A stretch of DNA of 64,000 bases from Leucoraja erinacea (GCF_028641065.1 NC_073408.1:13516001-13580000), one strand, 5' to 3'; counted from the first letter of the stretch, positions 48,976 through 62,470 are shown. Translations and numbers: made by a program. The notes: a model not told the origin generated them from the letters alone.

Positions 48976-51029
48976 TAGAATGAAGATGATTGTGATATTC
49001 CAATTAAATCTGGTGACTACATTCTGGAGACTGAAGATCTCATATACCTATGGGATTGAATTAAAACATACAGTTTGCATTGAACTATCCTCCATTTACT
49101 GCACTTTTCTTACTTTTACTGAGAGATGTTGCTGTTGTTCCCGTTAACAGGTTAAAATTGGCTGTTTTGTGAGTAAATTCAATTCAAATGTATTTACTTG
49201 AAGCTTTAGAAAGGAAAATAGTATTTGTTCACAACATAGCATCAGCCAATGAGATGGAGCAGAGAAGGATGTGTGACTGGACTCTGAGGAAAGAGTTAAT
49301 TACAGGAAATTAATTCAATTGACTCCAAAGATTGTCGGTTTTACGAAATTATAGCAACCTCCCATGATTTAAAAAAAAAATATTCTCTAGAAAAATCGTA
49401 TTGAGTGAAGGATAATTACGTATGAACAATGTGCGTAACAAATCTCAGCCACTTACAGCAGATGAATAGGCTATCATCTCTACTCTGGCTAGCTATATAG
49501 CATTATCACTCCATGCAGCCATAAAAAGCACACTGCCTTGCAAATCTAACCAGCAGAGATAAGAGAAGACATTTCAGGGCTGTTACTGTTTAGAAAGTCA
49601 TATTTGGCTCGTTTTTTTAAAGTTTATTGTTAAATTCTATAATGTTGTGTTTATTTGTGTGCTGCAATGGCAACTCAAATTTCACGACACCAATTGGAGT
49701 ATGTGACAATAAATGTGTTTTGTACTTTTGTTTTAATTTATTGTTTTAGACAATATCAAGTAACAACCTTTTAACAATCAATTAAAGTCCACCATAGATG
49801 TTAGCAAGTGTGTCTAAAACAACTGAAATAAAGGGACCAGTTAAAATAAAAGGCTTTAATTCTCGTAGGCAATACCAAGATAGAACATTGCTGTAAAAAT
49901 AATGTAAGCATGGTTAATTCATTATTAAAAAGTATGGTTAATTAATTATTAAATTGTAATGATCAGATACTGTAGATGGATTTTCAGGGATTGTGCACGG
50001 GTTTGGGTTGAGCCAGAATAAAAAAAATGCACATTGCAGTCTGCAGCAAGAGGAACTCCTGTTTGATTTCAGCTCTATGGTTAAAGCAGAGAATTTTGGG
50101 TTGCTCACCTTGGAGCAAAGGAGGCTGAGAGGAGATATGATAAACATGTACAAGATTATGATTAGTTGAGACACTCGGCAGATGGTTGAAGGACCCGCAG
50201 TGCACATTTAAAATTCTGTGCAAAAAAAACTCCAAAGGAGGGTGTGGGAAGACATTCTTGTGGAAATTAGTTATGATCTGAAATTCACTGACAGTAGGAA
50301 TGATAGATAGAGGAACAACCTGGCTTTTGAAAGAAGGGAGCATAATTTACAAGGCCACGGGGAAGGAGATGGGGAATGGGACTGACAGGATTGATCTGAC
50401 AAAGATGCAATTGGAAAAATGGTCTCCTTCAGTGCAGTAGCCCTTCTGTAATTCATTCAGCGCCAGGCTTAAGCACTGAATGTCATTACAACGGTCTCAC
50501 CAACAGGAATCCGTAATGCAATTTACCGATACAAATATAAGAAACAATTAAATGTTCTTGGAAATTAGTGCGGATAACAATAAATTTGAACTTTCACAAT
50601 ACAATCCAGTCAAATATATCCCTGTGTAAAAATTATTCTGGAAATAATGTCCATGCTCGTGGAGAAATTGAGGTGTTAATTTTGAATTGGAGGCAAAAAA
50701 TGGTTTGCAATGATATCAGGCATTAAGGTTGCTGCAGTACAGCAAAACTAAAGCCTGTGTGCTGAATAACATTACACAGCCATGCGCCATGGTTATTGAA
50801 ATACACCTGGAAAAAGTAATTAAAATAATTTACAGGCCTTTGAAAGTAGAGAGATGTATTCCATTTTCTCCCGAGATGCTGCTGAGTTATTCCAGCACAT
50901 TGTGCCTATCTTCGGTATAAACCAGCATCTGTAGCTACTTTCTACATAAAGAGATGTTAATTGTTGTCAGGACATATGGGATAAAGGGCTTCAGTGATTG
51001 TAGTCTAACAATCGCTTGCCGTACACTTC

Positions 51030-51450
51030 ACTTAGAGTCATACAGACATACAACATGGAAACAGTTCCTTTGGCTCAACTTGCCCATGCCGACCAAGACA
51101 TCCCATCCATGTTAGTTCTGCCTGCCTTTGTTTGGCCCCTATCCCTCTTAACATTTCGATTCCATATTCCTGTCCAAGTTTCTTTTAAATGTTGTTATTG
51201 TGCCTGCCTCCTCTGGCAGCTCATTCCATATACCTACCACCCTCTGAGTGAAAAAGATACCCCTCGGGTTCCTATTAATTTTTTTCCCTTTCTCTTTAAA
51301 GCTATGTCATTTGCTTCTTGGTTCCCCTACCCCATGTAAAAGACTGTGCAATCATCATATCAACCCCCCTCATTATTTTATACACCTCTGGAAAATCACC
51401 CCTTATTCTCCTGCACTGCCAGGGATAAAGTCCTAGATTGGCCTATCTCT
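51030..51450 (-). mobile_element. Old CR1/HER1 3' fragment
   Basis: gagtcatacag...catggaaacag...aaatcacccct. Confidence 0.7.
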
Positions 51451-51454
51451 CATA

Positions 51455-52230
51455 GATACATAGATACATACACAATAAGGGCAGGTGTAGGCCATTCGGC
51501 CCTTCAAGCCAGCACCGCAATTCTATGTGATCATGGCTGATCATCCACAATCAGTACCCCATTCCTCCCCATATCCCTTGATTCCGCATCTCAGTTCTAA
51601 ATGGCCTACCCCTTATTCTTAAACTGTGGCCCCTGGTTCTGGACTCCCCAACATCGGGAACATGTTTCCAGCATCTAATGTGTCTAATCCCTTAATAATT
51701 TTATATGTTTTTATAAGATCCCCTCTCATCTTAAATTACAGTGAACACAAGCCCAATCGCTCCATTCTTTCATTATATGACAGTCCATCCATCCCGGGAA
51801 TTAAAGCCGTGAACCTAGCTGCACTCCCACAATAGCAAAAATGTCTTTCCTCGAATTAGGAGACCAAAACTGCACACAATACTCCAGGTGTTTGGTCTCA
51901 CCAGGGCCCTGTACAACTGCAGAAGAACCTCTTTGTTCCTATACTCAAATCCTCTCCTTATGAAGGCCAACATTCCATTAGCTTTCTTTACTGCCTGCTG
52001 TACCTGCATGCTTACTTTCAATGACTGATGTACAAGGCCACCCAGGTCTCGTTGCACTTTCCCTTTTCATAATATGACACCATTCAGATAACAATCTGCC
52101 TTCTTGTTCTTGCCACCAGTGGATAACCTCACATTTATCCATATTATACTGCATCTGCCCACTCACCCAACCTATCCAAGTCACCGTGCATCCTCATAGC
52201 ATCCTCTTCACAGGTCACACTGCCTCACCA
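51455..52230 (-). mobile_element. CR1 LINE ORF2 C-terminal fragment plus 3' UTR
   Basis: QRDLGGLVHQSLKVSMQVQQAVKKANGMLAFIRRGFEYRNKEVLLQLYRALVRP; (tatctatg)n-type tail. Confidence 0.9.
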
Positions 52231-52480
52231 GCACCTTGTCCAAATGTAACTGAACCTTCCAGCTCCTCTACTCAGTATCCTGACTGATGATGGCCATGAA
52301 GTACCAAAAGCCTTCTTTACCAACCTATCTGCCTATGATGCCACCTCCAGGGAACTGTATAGCTGTATTCCCAGATCCCTTTGCTCCACAAACACTCCCC
52401 GGGGACCCTGTCACTCACTGTAACAGTCCTGCCCTGGTTTCACTTCCCAAAATGAAAATACCAAAACATTGTGTATATAT

Positions 52481-52578
52481 GTGTAGGAAAGAACTGCAGA
52501 TGTTGATTTAAATTGAAGGTACACACAAAATGCTGGAGTAACTCAGCGGGACAGGCAGCATCTCGGGAGAGAAGGAAT
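52481..52578 (-). mobile_element. Solo pLTR lacking the hammerhead
   Basis: Same extent as 21759-21857. Confidence 0.8.
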
Positions 52579-52934
52579 CTCTCCATGATCTCACCTCCAC
52601 TAAATACTTCTAATGATCCCTCTTCCACCGCTAGCCAAGGCAGTGAATTCTAGAGAATTGTCATACTGTGGAAGACGACATATCTACATGCCTTATTTTA
52701 CCGTATTTTAAGTAAATAACTTATTACCTCATAGATATGACCTCTGGTTTGAGCCACTAGTATCCTCTAACTAGTGAAAACTCCTTAAGATCTTCTATAA
52801 GTAAAGGTCGACATTCATTCTTCAAAATTCCAAGGAAAATGGGCCCTAAAACTTATTGATTCGAAGACTTGCTGCTATTTCACACTTTTTTTGAATGGCT
52901 GTCCATTTTCTATCCTTAACTTTCTCTGCCAATG

Positions 52935-53725
52935 GGACAAAGGACAGAGGACATTTATTGTCACGTACACCATTTCTGGTGGAGTGAAATTTGAGTTGCC
53001 ATTTGTAGCACACGAATAAAAAATAAAACACAACAATAAAGAACTTGACATGAAACTTATAAACATCCCCCCCGCAATGGTTCCCACTGTGATGGAAGGC
53101 AGCAAAGTCAGTTCTCTCCCTCTATGTTCACCCTGTGGTCGGGGCCTATGTGAGGCCTCCGCAGTCGCCACAACGGCGGCCCGAAATTACAGGCCTTGTT
53201 GCCGGATGATGGAGCTCCGACGTCGGGAGAACACTCTTCAGCGGCTTGGAGCGTCTGGAACGGCCGCTTCCTCCCGAAGTCCACAGGCCGCGCTGGAGCT
53301 CCGACACTGCCGATCTCGGCAAGAGATCCCAGGCTCCACGCTGTTCAAAGTCAGCGCCACTGCAGCTCCGCGATGTTGGAGTCGGTGGTCTCAGCGCTCC
53401 GGAGCTTACCACACAGCTTACCGGGCAAGGTATCGCGCGCTCCGCGATAGTGCCGCCACCGAAGCTGAAGTTCTGGCCGGTCCTGGCAGGAAACGCCGCC
53501 TCAGTCCTGTTGTTAGGCCGCGAAGAGGGGGCGAAGATGCGGCTCTGAGAAGAGACGCATCTCCGACCAGGTAGGGGCTGAGAAAAACAGTTTCCCCCTT
53601 CCCCTTTCCCCCCCCACACACAAGAACAGACCTCCAAAACAAAACGTTTTAACATACTAAAAATATAAAAAAGGATGAAAGGACGGACAGCTGCAGGCTG
53701 GGCAGCCATACTAGACGGCGCCCCC
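52935..53725 (-). mobile_element. CpG-rich non-autonomous element with Rex1-like 3' tail
   Basis: Minus-strand start gggggcgccgtctagtatggctgcc; ttcccactgtgatggaagg at 53081-53099; gtgacaataaa plus (tgtcc..)n tail. Confidence 0.78.
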
Positions 53726-54826
53726 ACTAATGGTGTAGCCACCTTTTGGAAATATTGATCCACAAATCTGTTATGTTTCCCCGAAGCTCCACAGTATCTC
53801 CATCTCTCCTTGATCTCACCTTCCTTGAGTTCCATTTTAAACTGCCGAGGAGAGTCGCTACATGTGACCCACCTGCACACATGAAGTGTCTTGAAGTTCT
53901 CACGTGGAACAAGAATTGAAAACTAAAGATCTTAGCTACCTATCCATGGTCGAAAACACCTTGATTCTTTCTTTTAAAATTTGGTTTCTGTCTTTTTTAA
54001 ACTATTTCTTTCAACTAATTTATGACCTCGGCTCTCAGAACAAGGTCTTTCCAGCTCTCTTTTAATCCAGTTCTGGTTTTATTAAGTACCGGAGCAGTAC
54101 CATTTTCCTCTCTGCATCAAATTCCCTCACTCACCAAATCTCATATTCGGTCTCCATCAAAAGAATACATTACAGAATCAGACTCTGCAACTTGCTCCAG
54201 TTTTGTTCTCTCTTTTAATTTGTTTTGCATGAAATGGAGAATGAAAAAAAAACAAATCTTCCCTTTGTTTTATTAAGCTCACATCATTCATGTGTGCAAC
54301 TATTTAATATGAAAACATTTGGATTTTCTACATTGTTGATCTATTATCATTAAATCTGTGAATACTGAGTTATACACAGCAGCTTCAGGCACATTTTGGT
54401 TGATTTTTTTTCCCCATCCTGATGATCCATGAACTAAAATGCTTTTAACTCCCTTGCTGTTTAAAAGAAATTGCATCATTTTGTTTCACTAAAATTGCAC
54501 AGTGGAATATCTAAGCTGTTCCAATTGCAACCAAACATATTATGGAATTGATTGTAAATGCTTGAAGTTTGGAATTTGGCTTATATTGCTAACAAGGTCA
54601 GTTCTTCCTAGATTTCTATTGCGGCTGCAATTTGTTCACCAGAATATTGAACATCTATTCCATTTAATCTGTTTGTTTTTCACACACTTCACCCTTCAAG
54701 GAGCTTATTTATTCATGCAAGCATACAGCTTATGGCAAGAATATCATGTTCTCTTCTATTTGGATCAGATTCTGTTCATTAATGTATATGTTTCCAAGAG
54801 CATATGATCATACAATCCATATGTAT

Positions 54827-54827
<1 letters not shown>

Positions 54828-54868
<41 letters not shown>
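54828..54868. repeat. (CA)n microsatellite
   Basis: About 20 perfect units. Confidence 0.97.
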
Positions 54869-54870
<2 letters not shown>

Positions 54871-55113
54871 TTTTTTAAAAATTTATTTTTATTAGCAGTA
54901 CAGTAAATCACATTAATACATCGCATATATCTTATTACATTATGTTGTACCACTTCATTTTTTGAGCTTTAAAAAAGATAGAAATAAAAGAAGTAAGGAA
55001 AGTAAGCAAGAATCGTGAAGGTGCAGGAAAGTGTTGGGAGAAGAGAACCCCTTAGGGAAGGAATTAGAGAAGGAAGCAAAGAAAAGAAATAAGACCCTAG
55101 AAAGAAAAGAAAA
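54869..55113 (-). mobile_element. Truncated L1-like 3' UTR with poly-A
   Basis: Poly-T, tttatt and purine-rich tract mirroring 31810-32039. Confidence 0.6.
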
Positions 55114-55175
55114 ACACATACATATTTAAATAGATGTATATATAATGTGTGAATTGTGTGTATATATATATATAT

Positions 55176-55782
55176 GCTCTATGGCTATGAAACGTGGATC
55201 TTGTATAGGAATCACATCCGTCAACTTGAGAAGTTCCATTTGCACTTGTTACAGTCCATCATAGGCATTCGCAGGCAGGAAAAAGTGCCCAAACTTGAAA
55301 TATTGAACCGATCCAGCTTCCCAATCATTGAGGCAATGATCATCAAAGTACAGCTCCGATGGACTGGGCATGTCATCAGGGTGGATGAAACCCGCATGCC
55401 GCATGTCTTCTCCGGCATGCTCTCCCAGGAAGTGGTACAAAGATTGCTTCAAGGACCATCTCCACTATTGTGATCTTGCGGCCAAGCAACTGGAACCCTG
55501 CGCCAGCGACAGAACACGCTGGCGCGCAGCATTCCGAACAGCAGCCAACAGCTTTGTGGAGCATCACCTAGGGCGACTTACGAAAGCCAGGGATAGGAGG
55601 AAAGCTGACGCCCAGAACCTGATGACCTTCATCTGCCCCCACTGCCCTCAAGTGTGAGATTCATGAATTGGACTCGTGAGCAATGTCAGAACTCACCAGA
55701 ATTGAGACTGCACAACCCGCCATCATCGTTACCGACGGGCCACCACACAGACACAGACACAGACACAGACACACACACACAC
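55176..55782 (+). mobile_element. RTE-clade LINE 3' fragment
   Basis: LYGYETW...LEKFH...QLRWTGHVIRVDETRMP; FICPHCPQVC..IGL...RTH zinc finger; (CAGACA)n/(CA)n tail. Confidence 0.88.
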
Positions 55783-55899
55783 ATTGGCCAACAGTCAATC
55801 TATGCACAGTCAAAGAAAAAATGGGGTGCCTGACAAGATAATCTGTTTAACATGTAACATACAAATAAAAAGCGCATGACCGGATTCTTCAGACCACTA

Positions 55900-56770
55900 T
55901 GTCTGTGGCGAACATGATGTCAAGTTAAACTAATCTCTTCTGCCTGCACATAATCCCTATACCTCCATTCCCTGCATATCCATGTGCCAATCTGATGCCA
56001 CTATCATATCTGCTTCCAGCACCATCCCCAGTGCATTCCAGATACCCATCTTTCTCTGTGTAAACAATCCCTTTTCACATTAATGGCGTTAAGGGTTTTG
56101 CCATTAATTGTTTACTTTAATCTTGCATTCACCCTCCCAAAGAATAAACAACTCGCACTTGCTTGAATGAAACTCCGTCTGCATTTTCTCTACCATATCT
56201 GTAATTGATCTTTATCCCGTTGCATACTTTGACAATCTTCCTCACTTCGCAAATGTTGGTATTTCCTGCAAACTTTCTAACAAACCCATTACTTTAACAT
56301 ACAAGTCATTTATACATATCATAAACTACAGAGATCCCATCACAGATTCCTGCAGAATATCACTGGTCACCGACCTTCAGCCAGAATAATCCCCTTTCAC
56401 CACTACCCTCTGTCTTTCATGGGTAGGCTAGTTCTGAATACAAACTTCCAAATCATTGTGGAACCCTTGTTGTGGACAAAGTCATACTGACTCTTCCGAG
56501 TTACCCCATTGCCTTCCAAATGTTAGTAAATCCTATCGTAAAGAATCCTCTCTGATAACTTCCCTACCAGTGACATGTGGCTCACTTGCTTCTACTTTCC
56601 TGGATTACAAAGGAACAACATTGCTAGGCTGCAGTCCTCTGGGACCTTATCTCCAGATAGAGAAGATACAAAGATCGTTGTTAAGGTCCCTGCGATGTCC
56701 CATCTTGCTTTTCTCCATAACCGGGGATGGATCCCATCAGGCCCTGGAGAATCATCCATCTTCTTGGTGT
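55900..56770 (-). mobile_element. Old fragmented CR1 (RT region plus 3' tail)
   Basis: ttggtatttcctgcaaact is a reverse FA.DTK-like motif; ctccattccctgcatatccatgtgcc tail. Confidence 0.65.
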
Positions 56771-56799
56771 TTTATTGGTGTTCCTTATTAGATTGTTCA

Positions 56800-56935
56800 T
56801 GACCATAGTCCTCAGGAGAAATGCCTGTATTTTTCATTAGATTCATTCAGTCTAATCTGAGCTGGCAAATAGAGCCTTTGTAATATCCCATCCATAGAAG
56901 ATAGCACCTCCATCAAAGCAACCCTTCCCTCAGGT
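56800..56935 (-). mobile_element. Possible DeuSINE relic
   Basis: catccatagaagatagcacctccatcaaagcaacccttccctcag resembles the recalled SacSINE1-type consensus. Confidence 0.4.
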
Positions 56936-58119
56936 CAGATTAACATCTGAGGCAACATTGTGTCCACTTCGCCAAGCCAGTGCTTCAGGCAGTACATGAC
57001 TATTGCTTCTAAAATACAGGATGAAAGAACATCATATGACAATTGAGAAATTTCAGAGTACAGTTAGCGTAAGAGTGCATTACATCATGGAATCAGTCCC
57101 TTCAGTATTATATATCCATGACGACCAGATGTATTGTGTTGAATTGCACATGAATCATACTGATGTGTATGGTCAACAATAACTGAGACACCTTAGAGAA
57201 GAAGTAGTTACATTGTAAAAGTAAATTCAGCGAACCCATTGTTGCAAAGGTGAACTGCAATTGAAAAGTGTATTGGTGTATCTCCAGCGGGTCTGACATC
57301 CTCAAACAAGGCACTCTGTGGGAGCTCGGAATCACATACTGTGATTCAACCATTCCAACTTCAAGCAGAAATCTTTGCAGTTCGCTTCTACTTCACTCAC
57401 ATTACAATAAACTCCCCTCCGTATGGCACTGTTCTCCAGATTAACTAAAAGTAACAGAAATAGTCATTTTAATGTGGTGGCCTTGGTGTATTATACATCA
57501 ATTTTTTGCGCACTGCACATGTATGGGGGAACTAACTAAGTAAACCGCACTCTTGCAAAGTAGAATACTACTGCTTTGGTACAGTTTTTGTTTGTAGTTT
57601 AGTATGCCAATTGCATATATATTGGAGGTGGCATGGATTTCAGAAAAACAATGCTTTATGACTTCTAATGTTTGATTTCTAGGGCTTTCCTGAACAATGT
57701 GTCAAATATTTGTGGTTATTGGATTTGCAGAAAAACAAATTTGATCTATCATCTCCCTCAATATGATTAAAGGGGTATTTAAAACTGATCTCTAACCAAC
57801 CTGTAAAGTATAATTGGATTTATACCACAATAACTTCTTTCTAGGGACATATGGAAATTTACAGGAATTCTGTTCTATGAAACGGAATGCATTTAATGCA
57901 TCCATAATTCATCTTTAATTTAAAAGGTTAGGGTTATATTTTAATATTACTGTGGCCTCTGCATCATTAGTCTCTGGTGCAGCAAAATGATTGAATTAGG
58001 CTGGTGTCTTTGGGATAATGTTGTGTCACAAATTGTGCATCAGCACACAAAGGAAGAGATAATGAGTCCTTAAAGATTTTACATCTTCTTCTAGCTACAG
58101 GTGAGCTCACATTATACTA

Positions 58120-59510
58120 GAGAATAGATAAAGTTGTCCCTTTATTTAATAAGGGCAGCAGAGGTCGACAAGGTAACAGCGGGTCAGTGAGTCTTATATC
58201 AATGGTGTGAATCTTTTGCAGAAAATTGCTTGGGACAGGGTTTCTGTACATTCTGTACAAGCAACTGTCAGCATGTCTTTGAGTGGGGAAAATTCTGTCG
58301 CAATAACTTGATTGTATATTGAGAAGATAATAAAGGCGATTGATGAAGGCAGATATTGGCTGTATGTTCTTCAACAAAGCACTTGACAAGGCTTTGCATG
58401 ATTAACTAATCCTGAAAGTTAAGGCACGCGATATTCATGAGAAGCTGGCTATCTGATCCAAAATTGATCGGATAGTCATAAAAGGATGCTTTTCTGATTG
58501 GAAGTCTGTGCTGTAGAATTGGTGCAGGACACTTTAGTGTGTGTGACATATTAATGACTTGGATGGAAATGTAGAAGATATGATTAATATATTTGCATAT
58601 GATACAAAAATTAGTGATGCTGTGTAGAACAAGGAAGGTTGCTTTAGGCTTCAGCAGGAAATAGAATGGATGGAATGTTGGTGGTGGTTAACAGTTGAAA
58701 TTTAATCCAGCCAAATGTGAGTTAATGCATTTTGGGAAGGTTAATCAGGGTAGGACAAATACAGTGAATGGTGGGGCATTAAAAAATGTTGATGAACAGG
58801 GAGACCCGGGGGTCCAAGTACGTTGTTCCCTTAACGTTTCATCATGGATCAATAAGATGGTGTAGAAGGGATCCAGCAAGCTTGCTTTCCCAGGCTAAAA
58901 CATTGAATAGTCTGAAGAAGGGTCTCAACCCGAAACATCACCCATTCCTTCTTTCCAGAGATGCTGCCTGTCCTGCTGAGTTACTCCAGCATTTTGTGTC
59001 TATCTTTGATTTAAACCAGCATCTGCAGTTCCTTCATACACATTGAATAGAGTGTTGTGTGTGGTCGTGGTTGCTACAAAAAGTACAGAGTGGCTGCACT
59101 GTAGAGCGTGCAGAGATTCACCAGGATGTTGGCTGGATAGGAGGACTATAGGTATGTGGAGAGATTGGATAGGCAGGGTTTGATCGAAGGAGGCTGAAGG
59201 GTGACCTGATAAAAATATACATGAGGCATAGATCAATTGTTGTACCATTAGTTCACATGGTAAGGGTTCAAAAATAAATAGTTTGGGTTTTGGGTGAGAG
59301 GAAGGAGATCTGAGTGAAATTATTGTTTCATGGAGAATGACTGATGTATGGAATGTGCTGCCTGAAGAGGTGATAGACACAAGAGACATTTAGGCAGACA
59401 CTTAAATAGGCAAAGCACAGAGAGATATGGTATTCATGCTGGATTAGAGTAGATGGGCAAAAAAGTTGCCTGAGATGAGATGGGCTGAAGGGCCTGTTTC
59501 TGATCATGAC
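58120..59510 (+). mobile_element. Old CR1 LINE RT-to-3' fragment
   Basis: Decayed PVSL.S, F.KA.DK, INDLD and FA.DTK motifs; tail atgggctgaagggcctgtttc. Confidence 0.8.
58911..59039 (+). mobile_element. Solo pLTR mini-element with hammerhead motif (58912-58939), inserted in CR1
   Basis: TSD acattgaatag at 58900-58910 and 59040-59050; ctgaagaagggtctcaacccgaaacatc. Confidence 0.88.
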
Positions 59511-60084
59511 ACTAAGAGGACAATGATTCAGATTTTGCCTTAAAAAGGAAGCTGAATATGTCTGCCATTAATTGATTTTTCTTCCAGTTTTCTTCCAAAT
59601 CTAGCAATTACAGTAATTCTAAGGTCAACGCAAAGTAGCAGAATAACCTGTCTGTCTTGGCCCCCGAGTACTTACTGTACATCCATAATCAGTCACGTTG
59701 AAGGACTGAAATCCTTGAAACCTGACAGTTTTAAGGATGAAGAAGGATGAACTAAAATGGGTGAATACAATGTCAAATCATACACAGAGAAAAAAAAATA
59801 GAAGGTAATAAAGATCAGCTTGAGAAAGAGCTCTGTTATCTCTATCTTTTTTAGGACAGACTTTAAAGTTGCAGCACAGAATCGCTGAGTCTGCACCGAC
59901 CAACAACCATCCCGTACACTAGCACTGTTCAGTTTTTTCCACCATTCAATTAGAGTATGTCCGACACCACCACCAAATACTCGTCCATCCAACCTGTTCC
60001 ATATCTGTTGATATTAAATAGCTGCATCAATCTTAAAACATTGAATTGGGGGGCTTTGGAAGAACAAGTTCCTGATTTCCACTT

Positions 60085-60385
60085 ATGGTCACAGAGTCAA
60101 ATAACATGCAAACGGACCCTTCGGTCCAGAGTCTGCATTGACCACCAAGTCCCTTTACATCAAGCTAACATTAAGCCCATTTGGTTCTCCTCACATTCCA
60201 ATCAACTGTTCCTAGATTCTACCACTCACTCAAGCTACAGTGGCCAATTACCTACTAACTTGGCATCTTTGAGATGTGTGAGGAAAACCTTGCAGTCACA
60301 GGGATAACAAGCAACCTCCGCAGAGACAACACTCAAGGTCAGCATTGAACTTGGGTCGCTGGAGCTGTGGGACTGCAGCTCTACT
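60085..60385 (-). mobile_element. Decayed HE1-type SINE
   Basis: aaacggacccttcggtcca...ggtcagcattgaacttgggtcgctggagctgtg. Confidence 0.7.
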
Positions 60386-62267
60386 ATTTGTTAAAAAAAA
60401 TATTTTTAATTATTATATATTCATTTAAAACAATACTTTGTTCTCAAATAGCCTGTTTCTTATTTTGTTTTTTTTTTCAAATGCTGTTCTGCAAAGGTAT
60501 AACTAATTATTGCATAATTAACCTTAAAATTATTAACCATATAATTAGTTGGGTCAAATTTTGACATCACAAGGAAATGCCCCCACACTCCCGCTTCATC
60601 AAACAGATATTATATTGCAGTATATTGGACAGTGTACAGAGGGAGTACCAGCATTGTGGCACTAACTATGATTGGTACCTTACCTGTTCTTGGAAAACAC
60701 ATTCAATATTGAGCAACTATCAAAATATCCACCAGGCATCTCAATGCAGGTTGTTTTTTTTATGTGAATGCCCATTTATCGTGCCCGAGGCAGTTATGAG
60801 CCTCTGGTCCCATAATGAACCACTTTCCTCGATCCTCATACACGTGCGTAATCATAGTGCATGTCCGAGCAAAGTTTGTTCCTTCCATGCCTGCTTCCTC
60901 TGCTTTGGGAAATGTAGCACCATCCGGTTAATTGCTTGCCTCTTGGGTAACATGGCAGTGGGAAAGTTTGGAATGTTAACTTTCTTGCCTGGGCTGCTTC
61001 AGGTTGTGTTGGACATTAGCACAGGAGCTGAGGACAAATGAAGAAAAATGTGGACACGTTCAACAAACAAAGTGCATTAAAACCTCTTGCCTTAAAGTTT
61101 CTCCAGGCAAATTATGTCAATTTATCCAGATGACTTGCAAGTTGTCTCTTCTGTCCCATTAGTGTTAGAGAGTCGATTTTTCTCAATTATTTCTCACTCA
61201 GTAACTGAATCCCTATCAATGACATAAAAGAATAGGAAAAGATTCTAGTGAGATGCAAGAAAGAGAAACTGTTTCTAAAATGTAAAGGGAGTTGGTTAAG
61301 ATCCCATTACATTAAATAACATTACAGTTGGAATTTAAATAAAAATGGGACAGGTTTATGTCCAATTTTGGACTGCTTCCTGTTCAAGCTGCAGCAGTGT
61401 GAAATGACATCGGGATTCCATTAAAATGGGCTTCAAGTCACCATGTAGACCTGTAATTGCCACCACAAACAATTAGACTGCAAAGTCTCAATCCATTTAT
61501 TGCATTTCTTGTGGTGTATACCTGTAAAGATTTTGAAGTCTTTTTTATCTTCTGTCGTTCTCTTCCTTGCTATCCCGCAAAACTGAACAGTAATATCTTG
61601 CCAATCTTACTTTATGGATGAGCAGCTCATGTTTTGTCTTTGGGAGGAGAAAGGATTGACTTAAGGGTTCAGTCTGCACTTAACTGGGAAAAGGAATAAA
61701 TATTGAGAATGGTTATTATCCTGCATAACAGCACACTGCAATCAAAAGGCTTTGCATCTTCTCCAGCCATGGAATGTATTAAATCCTAATTGTTAGCTAT
61801 CACCATGAAGAATCATTAATTTGTGAGAGAACTGATCAATTGAGAGTCCATGGCTGTTGATCAGACTCATAGCTCCACCACACCCACTATTGTTTGGATT
61901 GCTTTGTAGTGACAGCAATAAATAGCCTGCAATTCAAATGAAAGGCTTCACATAAGATAACAACATAGGCCTCGAGTCAGTTCCGAGGATTCCAGACTGC
62001 ACTTGATCCTCTTTCACATACCATTTGATCACCATGGATCAGAACTACAATGGGATTTACCCTCCATTGCTTCACATTGTTTGATAACTATACCAACAAT
62101 GAATCTATGGCATAAATTTTATGATTTCAATTGATCCATGGTTTTTTGGAAGAGACATTTCTACTCTTCACTTTTACAGAAAAGTTTCCTGACTTCTTAT
62201 TTCCCATAGTTTTATCCAATTATTTTGAAGGTCTTTCCAATTATCCAATTATTTTGAAGGAAATTTC

Positions 62268-62470
62268 TTTCCGGCGGCTGTCACTCTACTCAACAACGTA
62301 CCTCGGTGACTGCCAATCACCCCCCCCCCCCCCCCCCCCCCAGACACTTATTATTATTTATTCAAATCGTTTGCTATGTCGCTCTTCAAGGGAGATGCTA
62401 AATGCATTTCGTTGTCTCTGTACTGTACACTGACAATGACAATTAAAATTGAATCTGAATCTGAATCTGA
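62268..62470 (+). mobile_element. Rex1/Babar-like 3' end with (TGAATC)n tail
   Basis: catttcgttgtctctgtactgtacactgacaatgacaattaaaattgaatctgaatctgaatctga. Confidence 0.65.

Noticed and set aside
53050-53880. 174-aa and 244-aa ORFs, and CpG island as a host gene promoter
   Set aside because: Lie within a GC-rich interspersed repeat; frames are not shared with the homolog at 37598-38399
60577-61041. 154-aa ORF in unique sequence
   Set aside because: Composition typical of random AT-rich translation, with no domain or splice support
62320-62341. Poly-C tracts (also near 155-210, 443-461, 5397-5415) as G-quadruplex regulators
   Set aside because: Homopolymers inside repeats with unreliable lengths and no independent support
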